DNA of 63,961 nt, counting the filler, from Stramenopiles sp. TOSAG23-2 (Eukaryota): the NCBI GenBank assembly GCA_900128395.1. It is 3 parts of 3 records of this genome, joined end to end, with 100 filler letters (N's around TTAATTAATTAA, not from the genome) between each part and the next. Parts side by side here need not be neighbours in the genome. Positions count along the whole stretch, not along the records: positions 22,328 to 44,551 come from LT649518.1; 2 more parts are not named here. The stretch is one strand, 5' to 3'. Both the position numbers and the translations under genes were made by a program. The stretch's first letter is position 1; each line of letters begins with the position of its first letter. The notes beneath the pieces are model-generated. The model worked only from the letters and a program-made list of their open reading frames with translations, was not told where the DNA came from and made no database searches. Below are positions 34,301 through 43,300 of the stretch, one piece after another.

Positions 34301-34395
34301 CCTGGACTGTTACCTGGACAATATGCACCAGCTTTAGAGCAAGTCCACCCACGACATTTGTCTACCACAGGACTAATATAAGCACCTGCCATTGA
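22336..34395 (+). CDS. Giant cadherin-repeat multidomain extracellular protein (partial; native frame probably ends ~34224)
   Basis: Many cadherin Ca-binding motifs (DVNEPP, LDFE/LDYE, ATDPD). Also WSC (LGCY..CFCGNS), F5/8C discoidin, SUEL/Gal-lectin (CPTDMYISSIEFASFG), LamG (GLVGYWALEE..GRIDNV), PA14-like (GADDAFELWISG) and IPT/TIG repeats. Open from the contig edge, with no introns. Confidence 0.9.
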   Translation: MRVTDDGNGRLSDENSVIIQVLQSNMRPTIYNQTIYIRENRYWYRKVGQPIQASDPDTNPVQRLKFRIEKGNEDRCFSIDAYSGQIRVRYMRWWYRFKKCINHENVKDWMKTASDRPESATGQWYRLQVSVTDDGAGRMSDVAFIYIVVEDRNDRPYFESDSYQWSIDVPEDMKVGDYLTTSWVPRDEDTGSVLTAKSHYWWDRHWTVDSTVKLGEPMKIYLAQELDFEQESWSWFWIEVRDNGVAGDRQSKSGWFGLSVRILDVNEPPIPTDLHFTVSEDATIGSLIGRPLEAKDPDKDQSETLSFNIDRENCFSRNTGPVKRYVAFPPVFREISQHRLTLKVIAQHSVHILMYNTGKNSVEIVYGAKHNTISKIQKCKKVQLIGSEIKTSACEELVSKSSVSILSTNDFTDIWVHYDASTGTVSTGTGTINTENTFMKVEGFAAQTFSKYAVSTGYGTTGKFRNVCLPQESKHDANVFTLRPGQKQAEYIISLKKKVLDYESRSSYGIKIRITDTGMPPLSAYGNVRIDVLDANDAPVFGASLPPSSPAPATRLGCYRQKRYNVWGARLDSNGALMPYNSWWYFQNEDDFTYIATSVGADVNECETICHSSGYKYFALQWWGKCFCGNSYGRFGEKYYPNGCKYPTNDNYFGWLDQNVVYKISPRVPTVNRLLTASVKADAQVQLSASVTLHNGNYIGNGNFNNGRPLFNSNTSKLKGNIFNIVEVSDGPENSNAHVLQISASSGSSSDAYLVENTKMKCGNGKYIISGWVRCTSSFDGTKELLETSFFGDNDVLVGSSTGIFPSTCDNSWTKVTTTFDSGTLAICKFEVTVAKYLGHENGLVEITGLEVRPQSIAYDAEIRDLSTNGKVFGDTLTHRYASIPSTLGGAKILHMSGTSGEVGGEVLTLKLNSDATVYVAVSNGENRGLGLSKSLVNDGWVKETGHMTWMEMDREMSVSLFSKKTNKDFTVELPETETECKWIEGPTGSDANILCSDGTTCSGNNIVGESSQCCKNNGGIARCNAEYPAMCATPMQCVKGTDYCCNTVELCKANYGGLRQCRGYDYSIIIQRKEVKNIETCGLKFISDAQQPTTLEPTQHLATWNCDGEASTLYLEGNQVYANINEAKCGLKIGKNGNGATYVDSDDSRNAVFDCNGEADTIKYEEGRVFATSEGTTCALNFHTTKGSTSVLQPNERLALWKCNIPLENLAYDEIYDVDLNKRWIQWGFNGYRYRAWSGKLKDDYGFWMSSYNQYRTTTDRQIYYLDLGSVKEVVGVALLPHSRRRNYFIKNIKIVTKKHLNDPWAFVDNGRQFQVMSKWQKQVIRIMLKYNINARYVGVIPLAWNRYPVLRMGVIAIKSDTYTKMQFEGSGCCIFRSTETTMVQSKMANWETCILQCKNSDSCVAADTAKILDAYTCRMHYRANQLMNLPTDLEVGCGNSNNKRKCYRKMISDRSYFPPTIMTQNAKSANSVTTTHCASADHVSTTAILNCPTDMYISSIEFASFGDPSGQCNSYSEGSCHSTTSRTVVEEKCLFKKRCNLLANTDKFGNTCFADTGIRLAVQFNCTTEAVLEASSSSDCEGKTGYVACFKTPEESAIGTEVGSLSATDPDANDELAFTILNGNLRDAFSLNSKSGKLMVEKDFLNHEDFSTKGEYKIQVQVQDSRGLYASGMVLIEIEDINEPPVFEEAGVVRTVLENSASGVLIGGPIKASDPDDPETLFGKRTFNLVDGDLSLYTNMSKTGQLTVTKKNASSNIDFEQTPMLHGEVEVIDGGGLSVFLDISVRVIDVNEPPTFPSEIVVCHPDFVFGDDLNVKIYTSTIRHADTSHYIQLQTTFNNAITEYTTDAGFSKGQEYTFTFDATYWPETIKISLPGNDGIGIWKFVVNDQVLFEDPNGKQGSYRHGFIDTNGPKPYMTLNMCQYKFYKQIDAGIMERSIRENSAEATKVGALIAAEDSDNGQSLQYSIIAGNDFNTFRIVACNGQIEVNKANLNFEVQSHFDLQVQVMDNGLNPPSLSATVNVRINVLDVNDPPTIEDQYFSVREGSANGTFIGNPFITIDEDASDTYTFMLLNDDDGRFKLHNGVNGTSLVIAGDGEIDYETRTQHSIIVEVTDDGNLPASISSQAEFTIEVLDVNEPPTFMNTIVTISENINDGEIIRSTLDLVDEDIGQSVVYSGVKIAICSISDRDSNSPEDTCEWSNNVTVGDIFEVDAETSDLTVNDGNRFDYEDLIYYKVLIRASDNGIPQQYSDSTVVIIIEDYNESPEILSDVRFNVSEGGIRPAEYESTIAGLPSGLVGYWALEETEGRILDTSGYESHGYFFGHRKTTAGGNDNGMSYDFTEGTTIIVPPVVGSTQLSQTVISLSAWIYPRSFDFSGDYGVIAGKERGWLMGLQKNTGYFVSSISTSNIPSSNSNTHCWKWRGNHKVMLNQWSHVLLSYNGSSVNHYINGNHVESRTCSGNLNVASNPFHIGSRKGYPAVENIGTSFFEGRIDNVIVFNKAFSQNDVNQVYLHQHEAYGLLTLGGISHVVYDQDFDEILHYEIERGNGRGHFFINSDSGLVSVNQKVLKFNTANFYKIVIIVSDSNSNTNYIDLLVDINDINEPPFFGEILGFSISENPTAYSMIGIINAEDEDRVERHTFNVQSINDEIDSNLWVLDLNNINSTKSNAGSAKLFVTEFGENNMNYEAIINSYNVSILVTDKGGLSASCVVSVTVDDVNEPPAPNSTHTFWTRENAAVGTYIGYPISTGDPDYSDAHDYIITAWSTTGESHKNTDSSWTSPFMIHQATGQMFLEDISVLPTSGTDKIFMFEITVKDMNGLFETCTVTITVVNVNDAPEIEDQTFQVHENSQMETVVATISATDGNSGDVLKYEFMQAFPFSGMRTFNLDETTGKITVADLAANNVTIDHEILTTYSFLVSVDDQHLTYPMYDSALITINVTDINETPAIDGEQTFTIDENADDDSVVADEIDIFDEDELETFTWSFVSAPTDLPFKIDSSTGEILTVTSTQFGSFKTPFDIPMEDETDNDRSGKGFILGKWNRNKELSGNGFSNNYMNYKWSEDKATTSGRTSVMSRSMEVEVLQGFKSWNWFGGKISVEEGQMYTVSLFLKFVDSVPDCTNDNFGLKKHSPIVVNRDFMSDIVADQWKYVEWTFTAEQTTNDELVIFIMDSCPGGSVARVADMNFYNVQTSRAFTPLNYEVTRTYSVNVKAIDSGGLESVETITINVNDINEPPTLEPGKFFVMENAPIGTYIGSVLATDPDGSNIITYEMSVNGPNDDFAVDISSGVITVASQTIDFEMFPNTYIEITAFDSGTPQLHDIRSYEVVVMNENDLNIKSISLSSDLPTSIGSDDVRLLTEGNEHVYFHGDNIGRVYTNDNFVATYGVTGVEYIAKNCSIIIPYSLARCVSAPGCGSNHIWKFAVQPSSGVELQEKQQACAGADTGCIFNMYAPYANKYYVLTDWLVASQPWGGVNKVNGKCTIDNAINKHVFNTADLDDIPALQDGRKWEQFVGSKQKTVQYGDYQAEDWGSACRSKMAIGDLDCHYIKNGYEKGSLEKIYTYVTTHLCSDREQEVEFGLGADDAFELWISGISVIKRSTCQSVHKDNFIFSHKLKLGHNTVLLKVLDYHGENGFLLSLRKNYPGLHVTFDKNECLAMSQTQTYTNGGYGVSDMKTGYEQPSIANVVLKGAGGINTLPAMNTMGGEKLIVTGSNFGPVSDAVVVHYGPTTMPMLYNAEDCSVTAANTEIQCTTARGVNSGHGVTITIDSQKSKYSTATISYGAPIISLITPDPESAVDLLNLQSRGGEKIILNGTNFPTVNGEAKIVVTYGSDNGERFAAKNCQVVSPGKSITCITTEGSGKNHAWHISVGALSASSYSEDLTSYEKPQISDLRGPGIRNANTRGLEVMFLHGHNFFGKEINVTYGPRGNEFMASDCQVFVPHEIVRCLSAEGTGRHSMKFYNDLLSGALSVYPFVIITTVSISLASWTVTWTICTSFRASPPTTFVYHRTNISTCH

Positions 34396-37300
34396 CGCAC
34401 CGGTTAATTTCATTTTGTCAAGGTCAACTGCAGCAATGCCATTTATAATCTTACTGCTTGAAGCTGATAAAAATTCGCCGGAGTTAGTTGCTCCATTGCT
34501 AGATCCTATTGCTGACGATCCTAAAGCAAACTTCCCATTCCCATCATCTAATAGTGAGTTGGAGCCAGAACCGCAGGAACAAAGAGGACTGTGATGGCCA
34601 TAATTGTTACCAGTGCATGAAGATTTTTTGGTAGAGCCAGGTGTAAAATAATAGCAATCATCACCGTCCCTGCCTGTAGAGAATGGGGAACCATCATAGT
34701 CTCGACTTCCACCTACACTTGCACATTCATATCCAGCTTCTTGAAATGCTTCTCTAAGTTTGTTCTCACTATCTATCGACTTTTGCATTTCACTATTACA
34801 ACGTAAATTATATTTTTTACAAGTTTCATCACAACTGCTTCCAGGTTCTCCCATTTTCCACTGCCCACCATCAATATTGCCTGGCTGAAGACCATTGAAA
34901 TATTCATATTGGACATCGATTTTTTCCATACTGCCAACTCCGTCAAATGGATTCTTTGATTGTTTCCATATTATATGATCTTTTGGGTATTTACTGTTTG
35001 GTGTCATTCGTGGCCATTGCATCTTAAATAGAAATTGCCCGTCTTGATTTCGATAGTTTTCCAATTTAGCAAGTACAGAAAAATTTGGTGAGTTTGGATC
35101 ATTGTATTCAAATTGTGATGCTATGTTAATATCCGTGCAAGATATTGTTGCGGCTGTAGGAACAGCATCTTTTCCATCACTTTTTTGAATTTTCTCTATC
35201 ATACTGCCCGTTGAAGCACCTTTTCTACCAAAAAGTACATACGAATTTCGCTGTGTTAAATGCCAGTATCTGAAATTGTTACCAGCACCTAAACCACGTA
35301 TAGTATATTTTAGTTTTCGTTGCAATTTTTTGTATTTCATGTAATCTGAGGTGCTAAGCATCCATTCCATTTTTCTTGCATTAGTTACTATAATGACAAT
35401 TTTTCCATTTGTAATTGAACGCAAGAAATTAAGCAAATTGGCATTTTCATCATAACTGGAGTAAATATCAAACGTTTTCCGTTCTTCAAGTTCTTGCGTC
35501 TCTGCATTTAAGACAGCAATATTGATACCTTTCTCGACATCCAATGTTTTGCCGTGAATGATCATCTGGGTATTCTCTCTATCACTAGTCAACGCATACA
35601 CCTCATTGTCTTTGCAAAATGGTTCAATTGTTTGGCGATAAACCAAACGCCATTTTCTTGTCTCTCCTACATTTGAAGATGAGGAAGCAGAACAATCTAC
35701 GGTGCCAATAGAGCAAGTAGTTCTTGTGGAGGTGCTGCTAGCTGCTAATCCAAAATTGTCAATCTTGCCTTGGCACTCAGGGATTACTGTTGGCAATGCA
35801 TTTGAAGGTGGACTGCAGCATTGAAATCCAATTATATCATCTATAGTATTGCCCAAATTAGCTCGTCGAATACCGGTGAGTAAAAAATTATCTGGACATA
35901 CAGGCCATTCCTTTAAAGTTGATGTGAACGATACGTCAGTACAGCTTCCATATGCATCGCTGAAATCTTGAAGTTTACAGCATACACCACCAGTCAAAGC
36001 ACTCATATCCGTCGTGACAGTGAAATTTCTTCCAATACCATGTAAATAATACCCATTACTGCAAGGTGTATCTTCATCCCAATTTGCATTGTAACATGTG
36101 GCCATATCTAGCCCATGCCTACAAAGAGAGCTTTCTATGCAATCTGCCGATTTACATGAGCTACTTTTAACAATTCCAGCAATACCAAATCCAGATGCAC
36201 AAGTGCTCCAACTATGTTCTCCAGCAGAAGCAAACCACGTATTATCCACGTATTCATTAGTTTTTAGGCACGGCGTATCATAGGAGCATGGACATTGTTC
36301 AGAATCTGCCAAGTTTAATTGTTTCATAGAATATCGTATTGATTGAGATTGATCAATATCAATTGCAGCCACTGCATCCCCTACCAATGTCCCACCAGAA
36401 GATTTTTCTGGAACATAGCGTACTCTGTTTGAACCAAAAGGAAAAGTTGGAGCTTCATTTACATCTATAACATAAATGGTCATCGTAGCAGTATCGGATA
36501 GCCTATTATTCATTGCAACGCCAGAGTCAGTAATTTTTATTTTTAACGCAAACATTGAATCACTTTCGTAATCCACTTTATCTTTCAAAACAGTAATTTG
36601 ACCGTTGTTATCAATTGAAAAAATCCCGTCTTCATTGCCTTCTTCTATTGAAAATTCATGGCTCTGACCATAATCTTGATCAAAAAAAGCCATAGGCTCT
36701 CCCACGGTGATACCGACAATACTATTTTCAGGAACATATGCCTCATTATCACTTAAGATTGGCGCTTCATTAACATCTTTTACGTGTATTTTTAAAGTCG
36801 CATCACTTTGCAAGAACCCAGAGTCTGTGACTCGTGTAGATATTGTATACTCTTCTTCTTCCTCGTAATCCAAACCCCTATTTCGTAAAAAAATTTCCCC
36901 AGTTCCAGCATTAATTTTGAATGGCATACTATCCCTACTCAAAGTTGTAGATACTATATTATTTGGACGAGCACCGTTGGAAGTTCCATTGTTGGTGTTA
37001 AAAGCACCCGAAAGTTGGACTTGTCTAATTGATGTATGCAAAGGTAAATCGTACTCTTCCAAGCTGTATAGAAGTTGCTCGTTAGCATCTGGGTCCGTTG
37101 CAAAAAGTTTAAAAAGTGCAACTGTGGCAGAAAATGTATTTTCCATCACATGCATTTCTTCATCCTTTAAGACGGGCGGCTCATTGACATCCAATACGGT
37201 TATGTTAATTACTGCATATGTTTCTAACGGGTTTGTACTATCATCCACTGCTTGCACTACCAGTGAATAATCACTAACACGCTCAAAATTCAAATCATTC

Positions 37301-40300
37301 GAAGATATGATATTTTCTTGGTATGTAATTGTTCCAGTAACTTCATTGATATTAAACAAACCATCTACATCGCCAGCTGCAATGCTGTAAGCAATATTGT
37401 CAAGGTCAGGATCGTTACCATTTAAAGTTGCAATAGAAGACCCTGGCGCTATATCTTCTGCAACGTAAAATAGAGCAGATGTAACATTAGGCGGTCTATT
37501 GGAATTCATTATGGTAATATTCAAAGTAATTGTGTCCTCCAGCCCGTCCATATCGGTAGCTGTTACAATTAGTTGAATTTTACTTGCGCTCAAAGCTTGA
37601 TTCACTACTAAAACAGCGCCACCACCGCTAACAGAGCTATTTTTCAAAATAAATTCGTTGCTTCCACCGGATACCTTGTACTTGATTTCGTCTCCATTAT
37701 CTTCATCTTGAGCGAAAAGCATTGGACCAACTTCTTCACCAACCTCGGTTTCCGAATAAATGTTTAAAGAAATAGTACCATCAACTCCTTCCGACAATTT
37801 AGGAAACGATGGAGCTTCGTTTTCGTCAACAATGAAGACCTCGGCATGTAAGCTTGCTGTTAGAGAAGGCTCGCCCCCATCTTCGACTAGTATTTCCATC
37901 GTATAATACCCACCTTTAAATTTTAATGCATCGCTCTCAAAATTTAAATCATCATTAATTAAACTGAAAACATAACATGATGTTTGATATGTTGCGTTTA
38001 GTTCAAAAAGGTTACTTTCATCCATCAATGTGACATTCATTTCGCCTTCTGCACCACTGTCTTCATCTATTGTACAAAATTGATCTTTCGTATTATTGGC
38101 ATCGCTATGCGTAACACCATCTGTAGCTATAACGGGTGTAGAACCAATGGCACTATTTTCAACAATGTACCTTATATAATGATGTGGTGCAATCCGTGGT
38201 TTTTCATTTTCATCTATTACAAGTACGTGTGTTGAAATTTCTGCATACAAACCTTCATTATCAGTTGCACGAATTGTAATTCCATATGAACTTATTTTTT
38301 CGAAGTTCAAGTTGCTATTTCGCGCAACTACGCCGATCCTGCCATCCTTCGGGTGGATGAAAAACATCCCCAAGCGATTAGTGTCGGTAATAGAATAAGT
38401 GTATGACGAAGCATGGTCTTCATCGGAAGTATATTTCATCAGTGGCTCAGAGATATATGAAGATGGTGCAGCATTTTCAGACACTGTAAAATTAAGTCCA
38501 TCAGAACCAAAATCAATGACTGGGGTTTCCGCGACGTCTTGGACATGGACAATAATTCTCGCATTGCTTTGTTTTGCAGGTCCAAATTCGTTATATGAAA
38601 TGATTACATACTTGTCATATAAGCTACTGGAAGAGTCTAGTATTAATTTTACGCACATAGTGCATGTAGAATCTATAATAGCATCTGTAACATTTACGGA
38701 TGTTGATCCAACCACAGCAGTAAAATCCCTAGGATCCGGTTGACCAGGTGAAATAACTCCATCGAATGTAAGTTTAATTCCGAAGTCGGAGATAAGACTA
38801 GCATTTACTAATTGTGTAGTTCCCCCATCTTCCAATACATGAAGGTACGCGCGCGAGTTTTTTGACCAGTTTCCTCCCAAGGTTCCAATAATGTCAGCTG
38901 TTGTAAATGATTTTGCACCAAAATTGCTTGACGTATCCTGTACTTGGATATTCAAATCGAATGTTGTGGAAGCACTTTCAAAATTAAGGGCAGAAGAAGT
39001 TGCAACTGTAATTGTTCCGGCAGAATCGATATCAAATGCACCCGCATCGTTGCCTGATAAAATACTATATGCCATGTCTTGATTTCTATTATCCTCATCG
39101 AAAACTTCAATTGTTCCAACAACGATGCCATTTACTGAATTTTCGAGAACATCCAGTTCATACGTTACAATATGCGGAGCATCGTTACGATTGGTTACAT
39201 AGACAATAACATCAAAAGTATCTATTAAACCAGCCGCATCGATTACATTAATTTTCAAGGGAAATCGAGATTCCACTTCGAAATTTAATTCAATATTACC
39301 AACCATCAATCGACCTTCACTATCAATGTAAAATTGACCGAAATCATTTCCATTTAATATAGTAAAAAATAATGTATCGCCATCATTAGGATCAAAAGCA
39401 TAAGAGTGTAAATCTACTATTGTATGCCCAGCTACTGAATCTTCAGGCACAAATAATGAGATTGGAACTCCCGGCGCAATAGGTGCTCTGTTTTTCATCG
39501 CTACATTTATGGTTACATTCTGATCTTTAGATCCTTCACTTGTAGCACGGACTGTAAGCGAATAAACCGATTGCCTAGAAAGCATTTTTAGGCGTTTTTT
39601 TACATATATAGTACCAGAACAGGAATGCACTCCGAAATATTCAGTATCCCCATATTCGATGGAAAATTTTATTTCCGATTCAGCCGTTGCATCGACAGTA
39701 CCAACAACAGTGCCAACTCTACTTTCTTCAACAACCGTCATCGTAAACGTATTGTCCATTGTTGGATTTTCTAGTACATTTTCAATTGCTATAATTACGG
39801 ACTTTGTAAATGACAAAGGCGGTGTCCCGGAATCTGTTACCATAATTTTGACGCCGACTGATGTTCGATCTTCATAATTTAATGAAGGAGTACTGTAATT
39901 TACTTTCAACAGATCACCATCGACATAAAACGGAGAGCCATTTTTTGTTGGCAATGGCAACGAATATGTAAAACTCTGCGATTGTAATGTATCTGGATCG
40001 CTTGATGAAATAGTTGTAACCACAGTCCCTGTTTCTGCATTTTCCATTACTGATGCATGTTCAGGACATTCGAAGAATACAGTTTCATTTACAGCAGGAC
40101 TACCGATGTATGCATGTGTAACATTGCCTTTCTGCCCACATTTGTACGCAACAATATAATCTTCATCACAACCAGATTGCCTAGAAGGCGAAAGATTAAA
40201 TTTATCTTCTTTTATTTGGTAATCACAATATAGTTTTGTATCACATGATGATTGAATGTCTCGGCATACAGAATCCCTACACAGGCATGAACCGGCAGCT

Positions 40301-43300
40301 GTTTCGTTGCAAAATATTCCACCATTGCAGTTGCTTCCGTATTGCGCCCACAGTATTATTATTTTTCCAGAGGTAGCAATTGATGTGGGAGCTTCGTTTA
40401 CATCCTCCACATCAATAATAACGTTTTCAATATGATGTAAGTTCCCAGAATCAGTTACTTTGATAGTCAACGCGTACGTTTGTTTCTCTTCATAATCCAA
40501 GTAATTCACGTTTTGAATCAATGATGATCCAATAATTTCGAAAGGGCTATATGAATTTTTACGCATCTTTCTTCCTTGACGGAACCGACCGGATATCAAT
40601 TCAAATGTATGTACCCAGTGTTGATCAAGAGTCTTATCAAGATCGATGGCAGATAAATTTGCTATCACCGTCCCTCGCTTTGAATTTTCTTTTATCGTAT
40701 TTCTGCTCAAAGTAAGGCCTATAGGTTTTTCGTTAACGTCGTTTATTGTTATGTTGAACGCTTTTGAGATGGTATATGTCCCATCATTGCTTTCAACTTT
40801 TATCACAACATATTGATCATTTTCAAAATCAATAGCATTCGAAAGGGATTGCAATTCATTCTCAACAATTTTGAAATGCTCAGTACCCTGTAAAAGTGAA
40901 TATGTATGGACGTCATCTTGATTTTCATCTTCAGTGAAGAATGATACAATTTTTACACCGTCTCTTGAATTTTCATCAACTGAGGCCCTTCCAATGATTC
41001 CAATGTTCGTCGGTGGCAATTGATTTGGTACCACCTGTAAATGGAGAGTGCCATATACAGGAACTTCGTCATAAAAACCACTTCGACCTTCAAAATTGAT
41101 ATCGTAAAAACCTTCAGAATTTTGAGCTGGTGTCCATACGAAATCACCTTTTAATTCGCCTATGCCTTGACCGGTAAATTGATGATTCGTAATAGGACTA
41201 ACAATAAGTCCAGCACGCATTGATACATGATTCTCCCACGCATCAGCCTTTAGTTTCACGTAACGACCTTTCACGGCAGTATCAAAGTACACGTTAACTT
41301 TATCATCTCCACTGGAAGGTTCACAATTGTACTGGCCAACATCTGTCCATGTGGTTTGATTTACCATCGAATTGCCGATGCTTACTTGAATTTGCGTTAC
41401 CTTTTGATTATCATACCTACCTTTTGCTCTACCCATAATGACCGCACCAACGATATAATACTCTTTCAGCGCGTCAATAATCATGTATTCATTTTCCTCG
41501 TTTTTCGTTTCAGCACTCCATGCTTGTTTTGAATCCAACGTGGATCTTGCATGCCCTGTACCTTTCGCGTTCTTACTCCACACCGATGAGTAGTAACGAT
41601 TAAATTCACCAGGATTAATTACTTGTGAATTTTTAACGAGATCTATTAATGCTGGTAATGGTGGTTCAAAAGTGGCGCTTGATGGAGTATTAGAAGCAAT
41701 CAAACGCAACGATGAAAATGCATTAACATCTTTAATTACAATAGGTACTCTAATGGTCTCGCCAGTTTTCACTTCTACAACTGTTGTTGGGATACCACTT
41801 AAAGTTGGTGATTGATCCGCGACACATAGTTCTCCTTGCTCATGCATCATATACAAATCCCAATCAGCGTCAGTAACATAGCTGGTGTCTTTATCGCTGT
41901 ACCTTTGATTGCAAAAAAAATCTGGAGCAGATCCACCTACATCCATTCCATTATATATTGGTCTGTAACATCTACTTGGCATATCTTCTCGATTTCCGAC
42001 TCCTCCTGGAAATATTTTACACGCCAAAAATTTTGTATCTGCATATTTCAAATTGCTTGAAATCGCATCAAAAGTTTGCATTGCAGTCGTTGCTACTTGA
42101 ACACCTTTTGATTCTTTCGTGTATGTAATAGTTTGTATTAATTCCGACGTAAGAATGGTCGCATTTTGAATATTTTCGTTACTATCTATCAATTCTATCA
42201 AAGCACCTTTGAGCCGTGTATTGTAGCCACCATCTGCACGATTATATAGAACAATCTTGGAAATTGCAACTTCGCTTGGTAATGTAAATTCGGCCCACGA
42301 ACCAATATTATTAACAACATCGTCCTTATTGGTACTGAAAAAGTTCGAATTTCCTCCTGTTTTATCAAAAACAACATTGTCAATTGCAAAAGATTCATCG
42401 TTTTTGCCCTGATTTAACTTAGTTGTCACAACAACTGTTGCATCTGATTTTGTAATCATTTTCGTGCAACTTACACGCACATGTTGATCTGGCCAATGCG
42501 AATGACCGCATACTTTCACTCTTCCAGGTTTTCCTTGACGAATCCATTTAAATTTAGGATCAAACGTATCTCCATCGACGATCCAATCACACTCTTCATC
42601 ATTAATTTTTATTATTGCTTTCTCTCCATCCCATGAATCAAGGGCTATGAAATCCAGCGTTATCGTGTATGACTCCCCCGGGGTAAGACCAGTGAATGTT
42701 TTTTCAATCTTATCGTTTTTCCCAGTTTTTTTGTATCCTCCACATATGTTGCCGTAAGTACCACAATCTGTAATTTCCTTACAACTCCATCCATTCATAT
42801 CATTGCTACTGAAATCGGATTCATAACCACTGCCTAAACCAGATGGAGAGCTTGCAACTAATCCCTTGACACCGTCAAAAGCTTTGCTAGCAGTATAATC
42901 TAAACTGAGATCATCAGGATTATAATACTGCGACGATAATGCCCCTGTAGCGGATGAAAGATCAATTTTATTATTATCATTGTCGTAAATTTCAAATTCC
43001 ATTAGATGCAAAAACTCATTTTCAGCGCGATGAATAAATCTAATTTTATTTGTATTTTCATTAACTACAGGAATTCCCTTACCAAGGCTGACTTTATAAA
43101 CGGCATTTTCCCAACCACCTCCTGCAATGTCCATAATACCATCGCACCCATCAATTATTAAGTTTAAGTTGTTGTCGCTCCTACCGCCCGAAGATTTTGT
43201 GGAAGATATTAAACCATATTTTTGTGCATGAGTTGAAGAATACTCTTCTAATGGTCCCGTACATTCCATTGAATATTTCCAATCATAAATACTTGCTCGA

